A stretch of DNA of 64,000 bases, from contig MCFE01000222.1 in assembly GCA_002104905.1 (NCBI GenBank), positions 59,402 to 123,401 on the forward strand, given 5' to 3'. Shown piece after piece: positions 51,753-62,300 of this stretch. Under the pieces are notes generated by a model. That model had not been told where the DNA came from. It did not search any database and worked only from the letters and a program-made list of their open reading frames with translations. A program made the position numbers and the translations under genes. Position 1 is the stretch's first letter. The number at the start of each line of letters is the position of its first letter. This DNA is from Basidiobolus meristosporus CBS 931.73. Its lineage: Eukaryota; Fungi; Basidiobolomycota.

Positions 51753-53987
51753 AGACAGTCACCAACAAGTGAGATCTTTATTTCTGTCAGAACAAAGAAG
51801 CCAGCACTACTGTTGTAGCTTTGATACAAGAGTGTATAGCTGAAGGGAATTTGTGGATAAGTTAATCAGAAGTGATGATAGTTCTTCAGTGCTCAAGACA
51901 CTGTTCAGTGGGAAGGAGGGTAGCAAGAGGGTACCAATGATTTGTGAACAACATTAATGAGGGGAATATGATAAGGATTGATATTCATCACAAAGGGAGT
52001 GTGCTGCTTCAGACATTGCTGCCAAAGGTCTAGTCAAGTACATCAGGTAGGCCAGCATAGGTTTTTTTAACTGCAGAATATATTGAGCAAACTTCTTGAC
52101 TTCAGGATCTCCAAGTATAGTTCTCCAGCAGGAGCCAGGTGTAGTGCTGTGTGTTCTCTTTCAGGCCTTGATTAGTGGGGTGTTTCAGTGGTAAAGTCTG
52201 AGATATAATCTGGTTCTAAGGTAGAGTAGTCTGATCTTGTAGGGCATATGCCCAAAAGCACCATGAATAGCATGTCTGTAGGGGCATTTGGGCAAATGAG
52301 GCACCAGGGATGTAATGCACCATACTGGAAACTTGTCAAGCTTAGTGCAGTCTCTAGAAGTAAGAGAGAGAAGTGGGCAGCCAAATTCCAGAACAGGGAA
52401 GACAAACTGCCTGAGTAGAACAAGGCAGCAGGGAGCTGACGTTGTAGGAGGAGTTACAGGCAGTAGCTTGTGGAGTGCCTGTCTTGTCAGGATAGTTTTC
52501 TTCTTCAGGTGTGCTCCAGAGTCTAGTCCAGTAGGAAGGAAAGGAAAGCCATGATATGTAGCAGAAACCTGAGCAGGTAGAGTGCAGTTCTCTAAGTTGA
52601 TAGGACAGCCCAAAGGTACTGTCTTTGCAATGGAAAGCTGGAGATTATTCTTCTGCAGATAAAGGTGGATGGTCTGGGTGTCTTGTTGCACATTGTAGGA
52701 GGATATTCTGATGTCATCAGCAAAAAGAGTAAACAGACAGTCAGCTGAGAGTCTTGCAAAATTACTCAGGAAGATGGCAGACAGTATAGGACCAAAAACA
52801 GAGCCTTGAACCACTCCATTAGGAACTGTGTACAGTAGCAGAACATTTGCAAAGGGCCATTCTTCAGGAGTAGAAGCAGGGCTGAGCATAGCCAAAACAG
52901 TGAAAGCAGAAGAGCAGACATGGACTTGATACTGGTATTTGAAAGCTTATTGGAGATTGTGTCCACACCTGTGGCAGTGGAGTTGGGAAGCCTCTTGAGC
53001 ACATTATGTGTTCTTGCTTGATCAGGCACATGTGGGGTTGGCCAAGTCTTGAAGTCAGGATGAAAGCCAGGAGTTGAGTGCTGCTTTGTAGAGAAGAAGA
53101 TGTTAGCCAGCTGTTTTGTTGAAGGTAACTTTCTGGAAGAGAGCCTCATTGCCCTGTAGAGTCTTGACACTGTTCTTGTTATAGAGTTGGAAGATTGCAG
53201 AGTTAAAGAACTTATAATATGGCCCCAAAGCTAAGTATGCAGAGTGTGGTTGTTTTGCATCAACATTTAAAACTTGGCCAATTTCACTCCATTAGAAAAT
53301 GTAGTGCCCTAACTGATTTTCTCTAACTCAAACATAACTAATCCCTGTTATGGTTTATTTATCACTTCTCAGAATCTATTTTTATCTGTCACACCTGATT
53401 AATTTTCATGTGGTCATTATGTACTCAACCAATCTGCAAAGCCTTTCTAAGTGATTAGTCATCTGAGATTTATCCAACCACTTAGCAGTTGCCAATACAT
53501 CAACTGATTAATAATGCAATTTTCATTTACCTTATGCATCTATCAACACCCAAACAGATTTCAATTAGTCCAGCCTCTTGGCGCTTACTAATGCAACTCA
53601 GTCAGGAAAGTATAAGTAAAGTTTACTGAACCTTTTGGTTTTGTGTGTGTCTCAACAAAATTAAATTGTGCTTCAGCAAATTAAGAATTCAACAATTCCA
53701 TTCTAGTTTCCACCCAAGCCTAGCACATCTAGTATTCCCAAGAGCACCATGTCTAGCCTGTATAGCAAACCAACTCTGTTGCCTTTATAGCCCAACTCAA
53801 CTATATACAAAACCAATATTAGACCAGAACTTCTCTGCTGATATTTCTGTCACCCTTGACAATTCTAAGATTCTGCACTTAGTTATTACTTAGGTTCAGT
53901 TAACTCATTCAAGAGATCTATTACACTTTTCTCTTGGATACAACAGAGGTGAATTGCCTTGGAGTGATATATGACTGTCAGCAGGAG
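51753..53987 (-). mobile_element. degenerate 5'-truncated LINE copy with an internal deletion and a solo-LTR insertion
   Basis: Matches ORF2 of 55288-58056. About 400 bp of RT is missing near 52830. Sequence resumes at 53946 after the LTR. Confidence 0.88.
53251..53945 (+). repeat. 695-bp solo LTR of an unidentified family
   Basis: TGTT...AACA ends; 5-bp TSD GTGGT/GAGGT (one mismatch); LINE sequence is contiguous across it. Confidence 0.75.
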
Positions 53988-54137
53988 TTAGGGGGAGGGA
54001 AAGTCACCAAGGTAGGTGAAATCTTTATTTGATTTCAGACAAGTCTAACTACAAATAAAGAAGCCAGCTGGGAATAGAAGATTCCCAAAGTAAACACTAA
54101 GCTGAATATGAATAAATCTAAGCTAAAGTTAAGGCAG
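53988..54137 (-). mobile_element. 3' end of a second element subfamily sharing the LINE terminal hairpin
   Basis: TTAGGGGGAGGGAAAGTCACC-AAGGTA-GGTGAAATCTTTATT, then sequence unlike the LINE ORF2 end except AAAGAAGCCAGC. Confidence 0.65.
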
Positions 54138-54731
54138 TGTTGTATCCAAGAGAAAGTGTAATAAAATCTTGAATGGTTTAACTGAACCAAAGGGACAATT
54201 AAGTGCAGAATCTTAGAATTGTCAGAGAGTGGCGGAAATATTAGCAGAAAGATTCTGATCTAATATTGGTCTTGGATATAGCTGGGTTGGCTATAAAGGC
54301 AATGATATTTGTTTGCTAGGCAGGCTAGGCTTGGTGTTCTTTGGAGTGCTAGATATACTAGGCTTGGATAGAAACTAGAATGGAATTGTTGGATTCTTAT
54401 TTTTGCTGAGACAGAATCTTAATTTTGTTGAGACACACACTAAACCAAAAGGTTCAGTACACTTTATTTATACTTTTCTGATCAAGTTGAATTAGTAAGC
54501 GTCAAGGGACTGGACTGATTGAAATCAATTTGGGTGTTCATAGGTGCATAAGATAAATGAAAATTACATCATCAATCAACTGATGTCTTGGCAACTGCAC
54601 AGTGGTTGGATAGATCTCAGATGACTAATCACCTGGGAAGGCTTGGCAGATAGGTTGATAACGTGATGACCATTTGAAAATAGATCAGGTGTGATAGCTA
54701 AAAATAGATTCTGAGGTGGGATCAAATAAAC
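54138..54731 (-). repeat. second, inverted copy of the 695-bp LTR, missing about 100 bp of its 5' end
   Basis: Reverse-complement match to 53352-53945; homology ends where the TTAGGG array starts. Confidence 0.8.
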
Positions 54732-54732
54732 T

Positions 54733-54761
54733 GGGTTAGGGTTAGGGTTAGGGGTAGGGGG
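54733..54761 (+). repeat. interstitial telomeric tract GGG(TTAGGG)3GTAGGGGG
   Basis: Direct reading. Confidence 0.9.
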
Positions 54762-55222
54762 AGGAAAGTCACCAAGTGGTGAAATCTTTATTTTACTTAT
54801 GACAAGTATCTAAAGAAGCCAAGTTAATCTGAAGTAATTCCTAGAAAAATAGGTCTGAGAGATATCTTCCTGGTAAGCCAGGTCTGAGAGTTGAGAAGCT
54901 GAGTGGTACTATATTTCCTAGTTAGCTAGGTCTGAGAGAGGTTTCCTGGAAAGCCAGGCCTGAGAAGTGAGAATCTGAATATATCTGAGCTAAGTTATAC
55001 TGGTTTGCGGTAGCTGGATTGTGGCCGGAATGGCCAGTAGACTGGGGGAACTGAGATGAATTTCTGGGCAATCACTGGCCAAATTTACTAGGCAAACTTG
55101 GCCAATTAGCATTTCAAGGATTTCAGCCAATCAGAGCCTTTACTTTGCCCAATGGTTGATCAAGCCATCTCCCAATGAGCACACATCAATTTATTAATCA
55201 AATTTTGCTGGATCCAGGATTT
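54762..55222 (-). mobile_element. 3' end of a third, apparently non-coding element sharing the terminal hairpin
   Basis: AGGAAAGTCACC-AAGT-GGTGAAATCTTTATT followed by short AGGTCTGAGAG repeats; no ORF. Extent is uncertain. Confidence 0.55.
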
Positions 55223-58200
55223 GGGTTAGGGGGAGACAGTCACCAACAGGTGAAATCTTTATTTCAGTTGAAACAAAGAAGCCAGCGCTACTGTTGTAGC
55301 TTTGATACAAGAGTGTGTAGCTGAGGGGAATTTGTAGGTAAGTTAATAAGAAGTGATGATAGCTCTTCAGTGCTCAAGACACTGTTCAGTGGGAAGGGGG
55401 GTAGCAAGAGAGGCAAGAATGACTTGTGAACAACATTAATGAGGGGAATGTGATAAGGATTGATATTCATCATAAATGGAGTGTGCTGCTGCAGATATTG
55501 CTGCCAAAGGTCTGTCAAGTACTTCAGGTAGGCCAGCTTGGGTTTTTCAGACTGCAGAATAAAGTGAGCAAACTTCTTGACTTCAGGATCTCGAAGTATA
55601 GTTCTCCAGCAGGAGCCAGGTGTTGTGTGGTGTGTTCTCTTCCAGGCCTTAATCAGTGGGTTGTTGCAGTTGTGAAGTCTGAGGTATAATCTGGTTCTAA
55701 GGTAGAGAAGTCTGATCTTATAGGGCATAAACCCAAAAGCACCAAGAATAGCATGTCTGTAGGGGCATTCAGGCAAATGAGGCACCAAGGAGGTAATGCA
55801 CCATACTGCAAACTTGTCAAGCTTAGTGCAGTCTCTAGAAGTAAGAGAGAGAAGTGGTAAGCCAAATTCCAGGACAGGGAAGACAAACTGCTTGAGTAGA
55901 AGGAGGCAGCTGGGAGCTGAAGTTGTAGGAGGAGTAACAGCCAGTAGCTTGTGGAGTGCCTGTCTTGCTAGGATAATTCTCTTCTTCAGGTGTGCTCCAG
56001 AGTCTAGTCCAGTAGGAAGGAAAGGAAAGCCAAGATATGTAGCAGAAACCTGAGCAGGTAGAGTGGAGTTCTCCAAGTTGATGGGAGAGCCCAAAGGTAC
56101 TGTCTTTGCAATGGAAAGCTGGAGATTATTCTTCTGCAGATACTGGTGGATGGTCTGGGAGTCTTGTTGCACATTGGAGGAGGATATTCTGATGTCATCA
56201 GCAAAGAGAGTAACCAGGCAGTCAGCTGAGAGTCTTTGGAAGTCATTCAGGAAGATGGCAAACAGTATAGGACCAAGCACAGAGCCTTGAACCACTCCAT
56301 TAGGAACTGAGAACACAGCTGAGTGCTCACTTGGGTGCATAATTCTTGCTTGTGGATCCAGAAACAGAGACCTGACAAGGAGGGTGAGAGAAGTGCTGGA
56401 GAAGCATTGCAACTTGGACCAAAGCAGATTTCTGTCAACTGAATCAAAGGCCTTAGTAATATCAAATAGAACAGAGGGATACTTGCACTGGAGAGAGTGA
56501 TCTTGGCTAAGTATGACTGCATATTCCAAGGAGAGGCCAGGAACAAAGCCAAACTGTGCAGGATGAAACTTGAGGGAGTCAGAGTAGAGCTCCTGAGCAA
56601 GCAGAAGCTCAAACACCTTTCTGCAGGTGGACAGCAGAGATATTGGCCTGTAGGAGCTAGGATCCAGGTGCTTTCCTTTACCCTTGTACAGTGGCTGAAC
56701 ATTTGCAAAGGACCATTCCTCAGGAGTAGAAAGCTGGGCTGAGCATTGCTGAAACAGTGGAAGCAGAAGTGCAGACATGGCCTTGGTACTAGCCTTCAGA
56801 AGCTCATAAGAGATTGTGTCCACACCTGGAGCAGTAGAGTTGGGAAGCCTCTTGAGCACATTATGGATTCTCCTTTGATCAAGTGCAAGTGGGATGGGCA
56901 GAGTCTTGAAGTCAGGATGAAAGCCAGGAGTTGAGTACTGCTTTGTAGAGAAGAAGATGTTAGCCAGCTGTTCTGTTGAAGGTAACTTCCTGGAAGAGGG
57001 CCTCATTGCCCTGTAGAGTCTTGATACTGTTCTTGTTATAGAGTTGGAAGATTGCAGAGGCAAAGAACTCATAATATGATCCCAGAGCTGAGTATGCAGA
57101 GTGTGGTGAATTGCCTTGGAGTGGTGTATTGCTGTCAGGAGGAGTTTCTCTGTTTTTGGGTTAGGGAAACTCAGGTAGCTTTGTTGCAGGGCTGAAACAA
57201 TGGATTCCCATTTTCTTGAGGTAACAGCAGTAGTCTTGCATGGCAGTGAGAGGGAGGCAGACACCAGAATCAGATGCTTCACAAAGAGCCAGGCATAGTT
57301 GAGATCATCTGGCAGAGAAAGTAGCAAACTGGCAAGCTTCAAGTAGTTCCCAAAGTCTTTCTTCTGATTCTTGGTAGCTTTGTGGGTGAGCACAGTAAGT
57401 TTTGGCAGCTTCTTCTTCACAACTGGTTGCATAGAAAGGGACCAGGCTGGGTGGTCAGATGCTCTCAAGGATCCTAGCTCAGCTCCAGAGAATTGCTTGA
57501 CTTCATTCACAAAGTAGAGGGCAGCAGCAGAAGGGCAGATCCAGTCAACACATCTTTTCTCAGATTGAGCACCTAGTGCTAGCAGATGGCTTTCTCTCAG
57601 GAAGTTCAGTAGGAATGTAGACCTTGGCTTCATTCTTGCAGTCAGAGTAGTCTTGTTCTCAGGATGGGGAATGTTGAGATCTCCAAGCAAGATAACAGGT
57701 GTTGATATAGATTGCTGGTATTGCTGAACTTTCTGGCATATAACTTGCACTTCCTGAAGGGCAAGACTTGGAGGCAGATAGCAGAGCACCAGACTGATAG
57801 TTGGCAACTGGAGAGCAGCACAGTAAGGGGAGTAAAGAGGAACACAGAGCTGAGGAGTATTGATGGTAGAAGAGATGAAGCAGATAGAGGAGGTATTCTT
57901 TGTTCTAGGAGTAGAAAAGCAATATAGATTAGTCAAAAGTATAGAGGGTAGCTGGACATCAATCAAACACAGGAGGGAAAATCTTGAAAGAAGTCTCTCT
58001 AGAGTTGGTCTTGATGGCTGTATGCTGTTGCAGTTAAGCAACAGAACTTCAGGTAGTCAGGCAGAGGTTGTAGCTTCTTCAGAGGCAGCATTGACAATGT
58101 GACCTGCAGAGTCCCAGAGCTCTTCAAATGGTGCATCACTTAAGTCAGCAAGGAGGGAAATGGCATGATTCTTGAGGAAGTATGCCACATCATAGGAGGG

Positions 58201-59309
58201 GGCTTGTCTCTTGATGGCAGCAAAGAAAGACAGAATGGCAACATGGGCTGGAGGCTTGTTGAACAGTAGAGAGTCAGAGGATTCAGATTCTTCAGGCACT
58301 ATCTTGAAGTCAGTTTTCAGCCAGTTAAGGTTCTTCTCCACAAAGGCAACAAATGGGTCAGCAATGTTTTGGTCTAGGATAACCTCCAGAATCTTCCCTT
58401 TTCTCCAGGCCAGGTTGACAATTCTTGAGAGCTGAATATTGCATGCCTTGAGTGCTTTCCTGATGTTGGAAATGGGAGTCCAGGGAACTTGCTTCAAGTA
58501 CACCACAGTCCAGGTAGAAGCTGGTGGTAGGTTTGCTGGGGGCTTGTAAGTCCTTCTGTGTTGCAATGGAGCTGCAGTAGTCAGATTGGAGTCCACATTC
58601 TCAGTAGAGGGTTTTCTTGATGTGTCTTGCTGAATGGTACTGGAGCTGGATGTGCTGATAATTCTTGCTAGAACCTTGCCTGCATAAGTCTGAGGTATAG
58701 CTGAGGTGACTGTAGAGGTGGTGGCAGCTGGTGCAGGTGGAGAGGCAGAAACTGAAGCAGGAACTGAGGTCACCTGGGAGAAGGCAGTAGAAGCAGGTTT
58801 TCTGGGAGGAACAGAGTTCACTATCCAGTTGTTCTGTAAAACACTGGAGTAGCTTTTCTGTGGAACAGGATCTTGCTCTTGAACAGGAACAGAAGCAGGA
58901 GGCTGGGGCTGAGCAGTAGTGGTAAGGCAGTGGCACTCCAAGGAAGCTTTTTGCAAGGCATCTCTGGCAGTTTCAGGGCAGTATTGGCTTCATTCTTGAG
59001 CTTCTTGCATTGGGCATCCAGTCTCTTGTTTTCAATAGCCAGGGCAGTATTGGCAGCCTCTAAATCAGCAATTCTCTTCTCAATTGCAAGGAATCTCTGA
59101 AGAAATGCATCAGTAGAAGTGCTGGCATCTGGAGAGCAGTGGCAGGAATAGAGTCCATTGACAGTGGGCTTCTTGGAGGCAAGGAAAGTGGACTGGCAGA
59201 TTCAGGCACAAAAGGAGATATCCTGGCAGGAGGAGAAGGAGTATCCAAGGCAGTACAGAGCATCTGTGGTGAGCAGCAGCAGGGAGGCAGCTGTAGAGGA
59301 GGAGTGTGA
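55223..59309 (-). mobile_element. young APE-type LINE copy, 5'-truncated within ORF1
   Basis: GGGTTAGGGGG junction at the 3' end, about 60-nt 3' UTR with no poly(A), intact ORF2, most of ORF1. Confidence 0.92.
55288..58056 (-). CDS. LINE ORF2: AP-endonuclease plus reverse transcriptase, no N-terminal ATG
   Basis: EN motifs LNCN, CYLP, LGDLN, VDWI, SDH. RT motifs YRPISLL..CRKVFE, QFGFVPG, DITKAFDSVDR, GVVQGSVLGPILF, LFADD. Confidence 0.92.
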   Translation of the reverse strand, partial: LPEVLLLNCNSIQPSRPTLERLLSRFSLLCLIDVQLPSILLTNLYCFSTPRTKNTSSICFISSTINTPQLCVPLYSPYCAALQLPTISLVLCYLPPSLALQEVQVICQKVQQYQQSISTPVILLGDLNIPHPENKTTLTARMKPRSTFLLNFLRESHLLALGAQSEKRCVDWICPSAAALYFVNEVKQFSGAELGSLRASDHPAWSLSMQPVVKKKLPKLTVLTHKATKNQKKDFGNYLKLASLLLSLPDDLNYAWLFVKHLILVSASLSLPCKTTAVTSRKWESIVSALQQSYLSFPNPKTEKLLLTAIHHSKAIHHTLHTQLWDHIMSSLPLQSSNSITRTVSRLYRAMRPSSRKLPSTEQLANIFFSTKQYSTPGFHPDFKTLPIPLALDQRRIHNVLKRLPNSTAPGVDTISYELLKASTKAMSALLLPLFQQCSAQLSTPEEWSFANVQPLYKGKGKHLDPSSYRPISLLSTCRKVFELLLAQELYSDSLKFHPAQFGFVPGLSLEYAVILSQDHSLQCKYPSVLFDITKAFDSVDRNLLWSKLQCFSSTSLTLLVRSLFLDPQARIMHPSEHSAVFSVPNGVVQGSVLGPILFAIFLNDFQRLSADCLVTLFADDIRISSSNVQQDSQTIHQYLQKNNLQLSIAKTVPLGSPINLENSTLPAQVSATYLGFPFLPTGLDSGAHLKKRIILARQALHKLLAVTPPTTSAPSCLLLLKQFVFPVLEFGLPLLSLTSRDCTKLDKFAVWCITSLVPHLPECPYRHAILGAFGFMPYKIRLLYLRTRLYLRLHNCNNPLIKAWKRTHHTTPGSCWRTILRDPEVKKFAHFILQSEKPKLAYLKYLTDLWQQYLQQHTPFMMNINPYHIPLINVVHKSFLPLLLPPFPLNSVLSTEELSSLLINLPTNSPQLHTLVSKLQQ

Positions 59310-62300
59310 GGGGGGAGACAGTCACCAACAGGTGAAATCTTTATTTCAGTTGAAACAAAGAAGCCAGCGCTACTGTTGTAGCTTTGATACAAGAGTGTGT
59401 AGCTGAGGGGAATTTGTAGGTAAGTTAATAAGAAGTGATGATAGTTCTTCAGTGCTCAAGACACTGTTCAGTGGGAAGGGGGGTAGCAAGAGAGGTAAGA
59501 ATGACTTGTGAACAACATTAATGAGGGGAATGTGATAAGGATTGATATTCATCATAAAGGGAGTGTGCTGCTGCAGATATTGCTGCCAAAGGTCTGTCAA
59601 GTACTTCAGGTAGGCCAGCTTGGGTTTTTCTGACTGCAGAATAAATTCTGCAAACTTCTTGACTTCAGGATCTCCAAGTATAGTTCTCCAGCAGGAGCCA
59701 GGTGTTGTGTGGTGTGTTCTCTTCCAGGCCTTAATCAGTGGGTTGTTGCAGTGGTGAAGTCTGAGGTATAATCTGGTTCTAAGGTAGAGAAGTCTGATCT
59801 TATAGGGCATAAACCCAAAAGCACCAAGAATAGCATGTCTGTAGGGGCATTCAGGCAAATGAGGCACCAAGGAGGTAATGCACCATACTGCAAACTTGTC
59901 AAGCTTAGTGCAGTCTCTAGAAGTAAGAGAGAGAAGTGGTAAGCCAAATTCCAGGACAGGGAAGACAAACTGCTTGAGTAGAAGAAGGCAGCTGGGAGCT
60001 GAAGTTGTAGGAGGAGTAACAGCCAGTAGCTTGTGGAGTGCCTGTCTTGCCAGGATAATTCTCTTCTTCAGGTGTGCTCCAGAGTCTAGTCCAGTAGGAA
60101 GGAAAGGAAAGCCAAGATATGTAGCAGAAACCTGAGCAGGTAGAGTGGAGTTCTCCAAGTTGATGGGAGAGCCCAAAGGTACTGTCTTTGCAATGGAAAG
60201 CTGGAGATTATTCTTCTGCAGATACTGGTGGATGGTCTGGGAGTCTTGTTGCACATTGGAGGAGGATATTCTGATGTCATCAGCAAAGAGAGTAACCAGG
60301 CAGTCAGCTGAGAGTCTTGGGAAATCATTCAGGAAGATGGCAAACAGTATAGGACCAAGCACAGAGCCTTGAACCACTCCATTAGGAACTGAGAACACAG
60401 CTGATTGCTCACTTGGGTGCAGAATTCTTGCTTGTGGATCCAGAAACAGAGACCTGACAAGGAGGGTGAGAGAGGTACTGGAGAAGCATTGCAACTTGGA
60501 CCAAAGCAGATTTCTGTCAACTGAATCAAAGGCCTTAGTAATATCAAACAGAACTGAGGGATACTTGCACTGGAGAGAGTGATCTTGGCTAAGTATGACT
60601 GCATATTCCAAGGAGAGGCCAGGAACAAAGCCAAACTGTGCAGGATGAAACTTGAGGGAGTCAGAGTAGAGCTCCTGAGCAAGCAGAAGCTCAAACACCT
60701 TTCTGCAGGTGGGCAGCAGAGATATTGGCCTGTAGGAGCTAGGATCCAGGTGCTTTCCTTTACCCTTGTACAGTGGCAGAACATTTGCAAAGGACCATTC
60801 CTCAGGAGTAGAAAGCTGGGCTGAGCATTGCTGAAACAGTGGAAGCAGAAGTGCAGACATGGCCTTGGTACTAGTCTTCAGAAGCTCATAGGAGATTGTG
60901 TCCACACCTGGAGCAGTAGAGTTGGGAAGCCTCTTGAGCACATTATGGATTCTCCTTTGATCAAGTGCAAGTGGGATGGGCAGAGTCTTGAAGTCAGGAT
61001 GAAAGCCAGGAGTTGAGTACTGCTTTGTAGAGAAGAAGATGTTAGCCAGCTGTTCTGTTGAAGGTAACTTCCTGGAAGAGGGCCTCATTGCCCTGTAGAG
61101 TCTTGATACTGTTCTTGTTATAGAGTTGGAAGATTGCAGAGGCAAGGAACTCATAATATGATCCCAGAGCTGAGTATGCAGAGTGTGGTGAATTGCCTTG
61201 GAGTGGTGTATTGCTGTCAGGAGGAGTTTCTCTGTTTTTGGGTTAGGGAAACTCAGGTAGCTTTGTTGCAGGGCTGAAACAATGGATTCCCATTTTCTTG
61301 AGGTAACAGCAGTAGTCTTGCATGGCAGTGAGAGGGAGGCAGACACCAGAATCAGATGCTTCACAAAGAGCCAGGCATAGTTGAGATCATCTGGCAGAGA
61401 AAGTAGCAAACTGGCAAGCTTCAAGTAGTTCCCAAAGTCTTTCTTCTGATTCTTGGTAGCTTTGTGGGTGAGCACAGTAAGTTTTGGCAGCTTCTTCTTC
61501 ACAACTGGTTGCATAGAAAGGGACCAGGCTGGGTGGTCAGAGGCTCTCAAGGATCCTAGCTCAGCTCCAGAGAATTGCTTAACTTCATTCACAAAGTAGA
61601 GGGCAGCAGCAGAAGGGCAGATCCAGTCAACACATCTTTTCTCAGATTGAGCACCTAGTGCTAGCAGGATGGCTTTCTCTCAGGAAGTTCAGTAGGAATG
61701 TAGACCTTGGCTTCATTCTTGCAGTCAGAGTAGTCTTGTTCTCAGGATGGGGAATGTTGAGATCTCCAAGCAAGATAACAGGTGTTGATATAGATTGCTG
61801 GTATTGCTGAACTTCTGGCATATAACTTGCACTTCCTGAAGGGCAAGACTTGGAGGCAGATAGCAGAGCACCAGACTGATAGTTGGCAACTGGAGAGCAG
61901 CACAGTAAGGGGAGTAAAGAGGAACACAGAGCTGAGGAGTATTGATGGTAGAAGAGATGAAGCAGATAGAGGAGGTATTCTTTGTTCTAGGAGTAGAAAA
62001 GCAATATAGATTAGTCAAAAGTATAGAGGGTAGCTGAACATCAATCAAACACAGGAGGGAAAATCTTGAAAGAAGTCTCTCTAGAGTTGGTCTTGATGGC
62101 TGTATGCTGTTGCAGTTAAGCAACAGAACTTCAGGTAGTCAGGCAGAGGTTGTAGCTTCTTCAGAGGCAGCATTGACAATGTGACCTGCAGAGTCCCAGA
62201 GCTCTTCAAATGGTGCATCACTTAAGTCAGCAAGGAGGGAAATGGCATGGTTCTTGAGGAAGTATGCCACATCATAGGAGGGGGCTTGTCTCTTGATGGC

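Noticed and set aside
59252-59312. Apparently highly diverged ORF1 segment at the junction of the two young LINEs
   Set aside because: Differences from 63335-63430 are nearly all deletions, mostly single bases in short runs, typical of weak long-read consensus. The missing TTAGGG here cannot be interpreted and the junction needs read confirmation.
58970-61820. Frameshifts near 58975, 59128, 61668 and 61812 as programmed or inactivating events
   Set aside because: Each is a 1-nt indel in a short run present in only one of two near-identical copies, most likely sequencing error.
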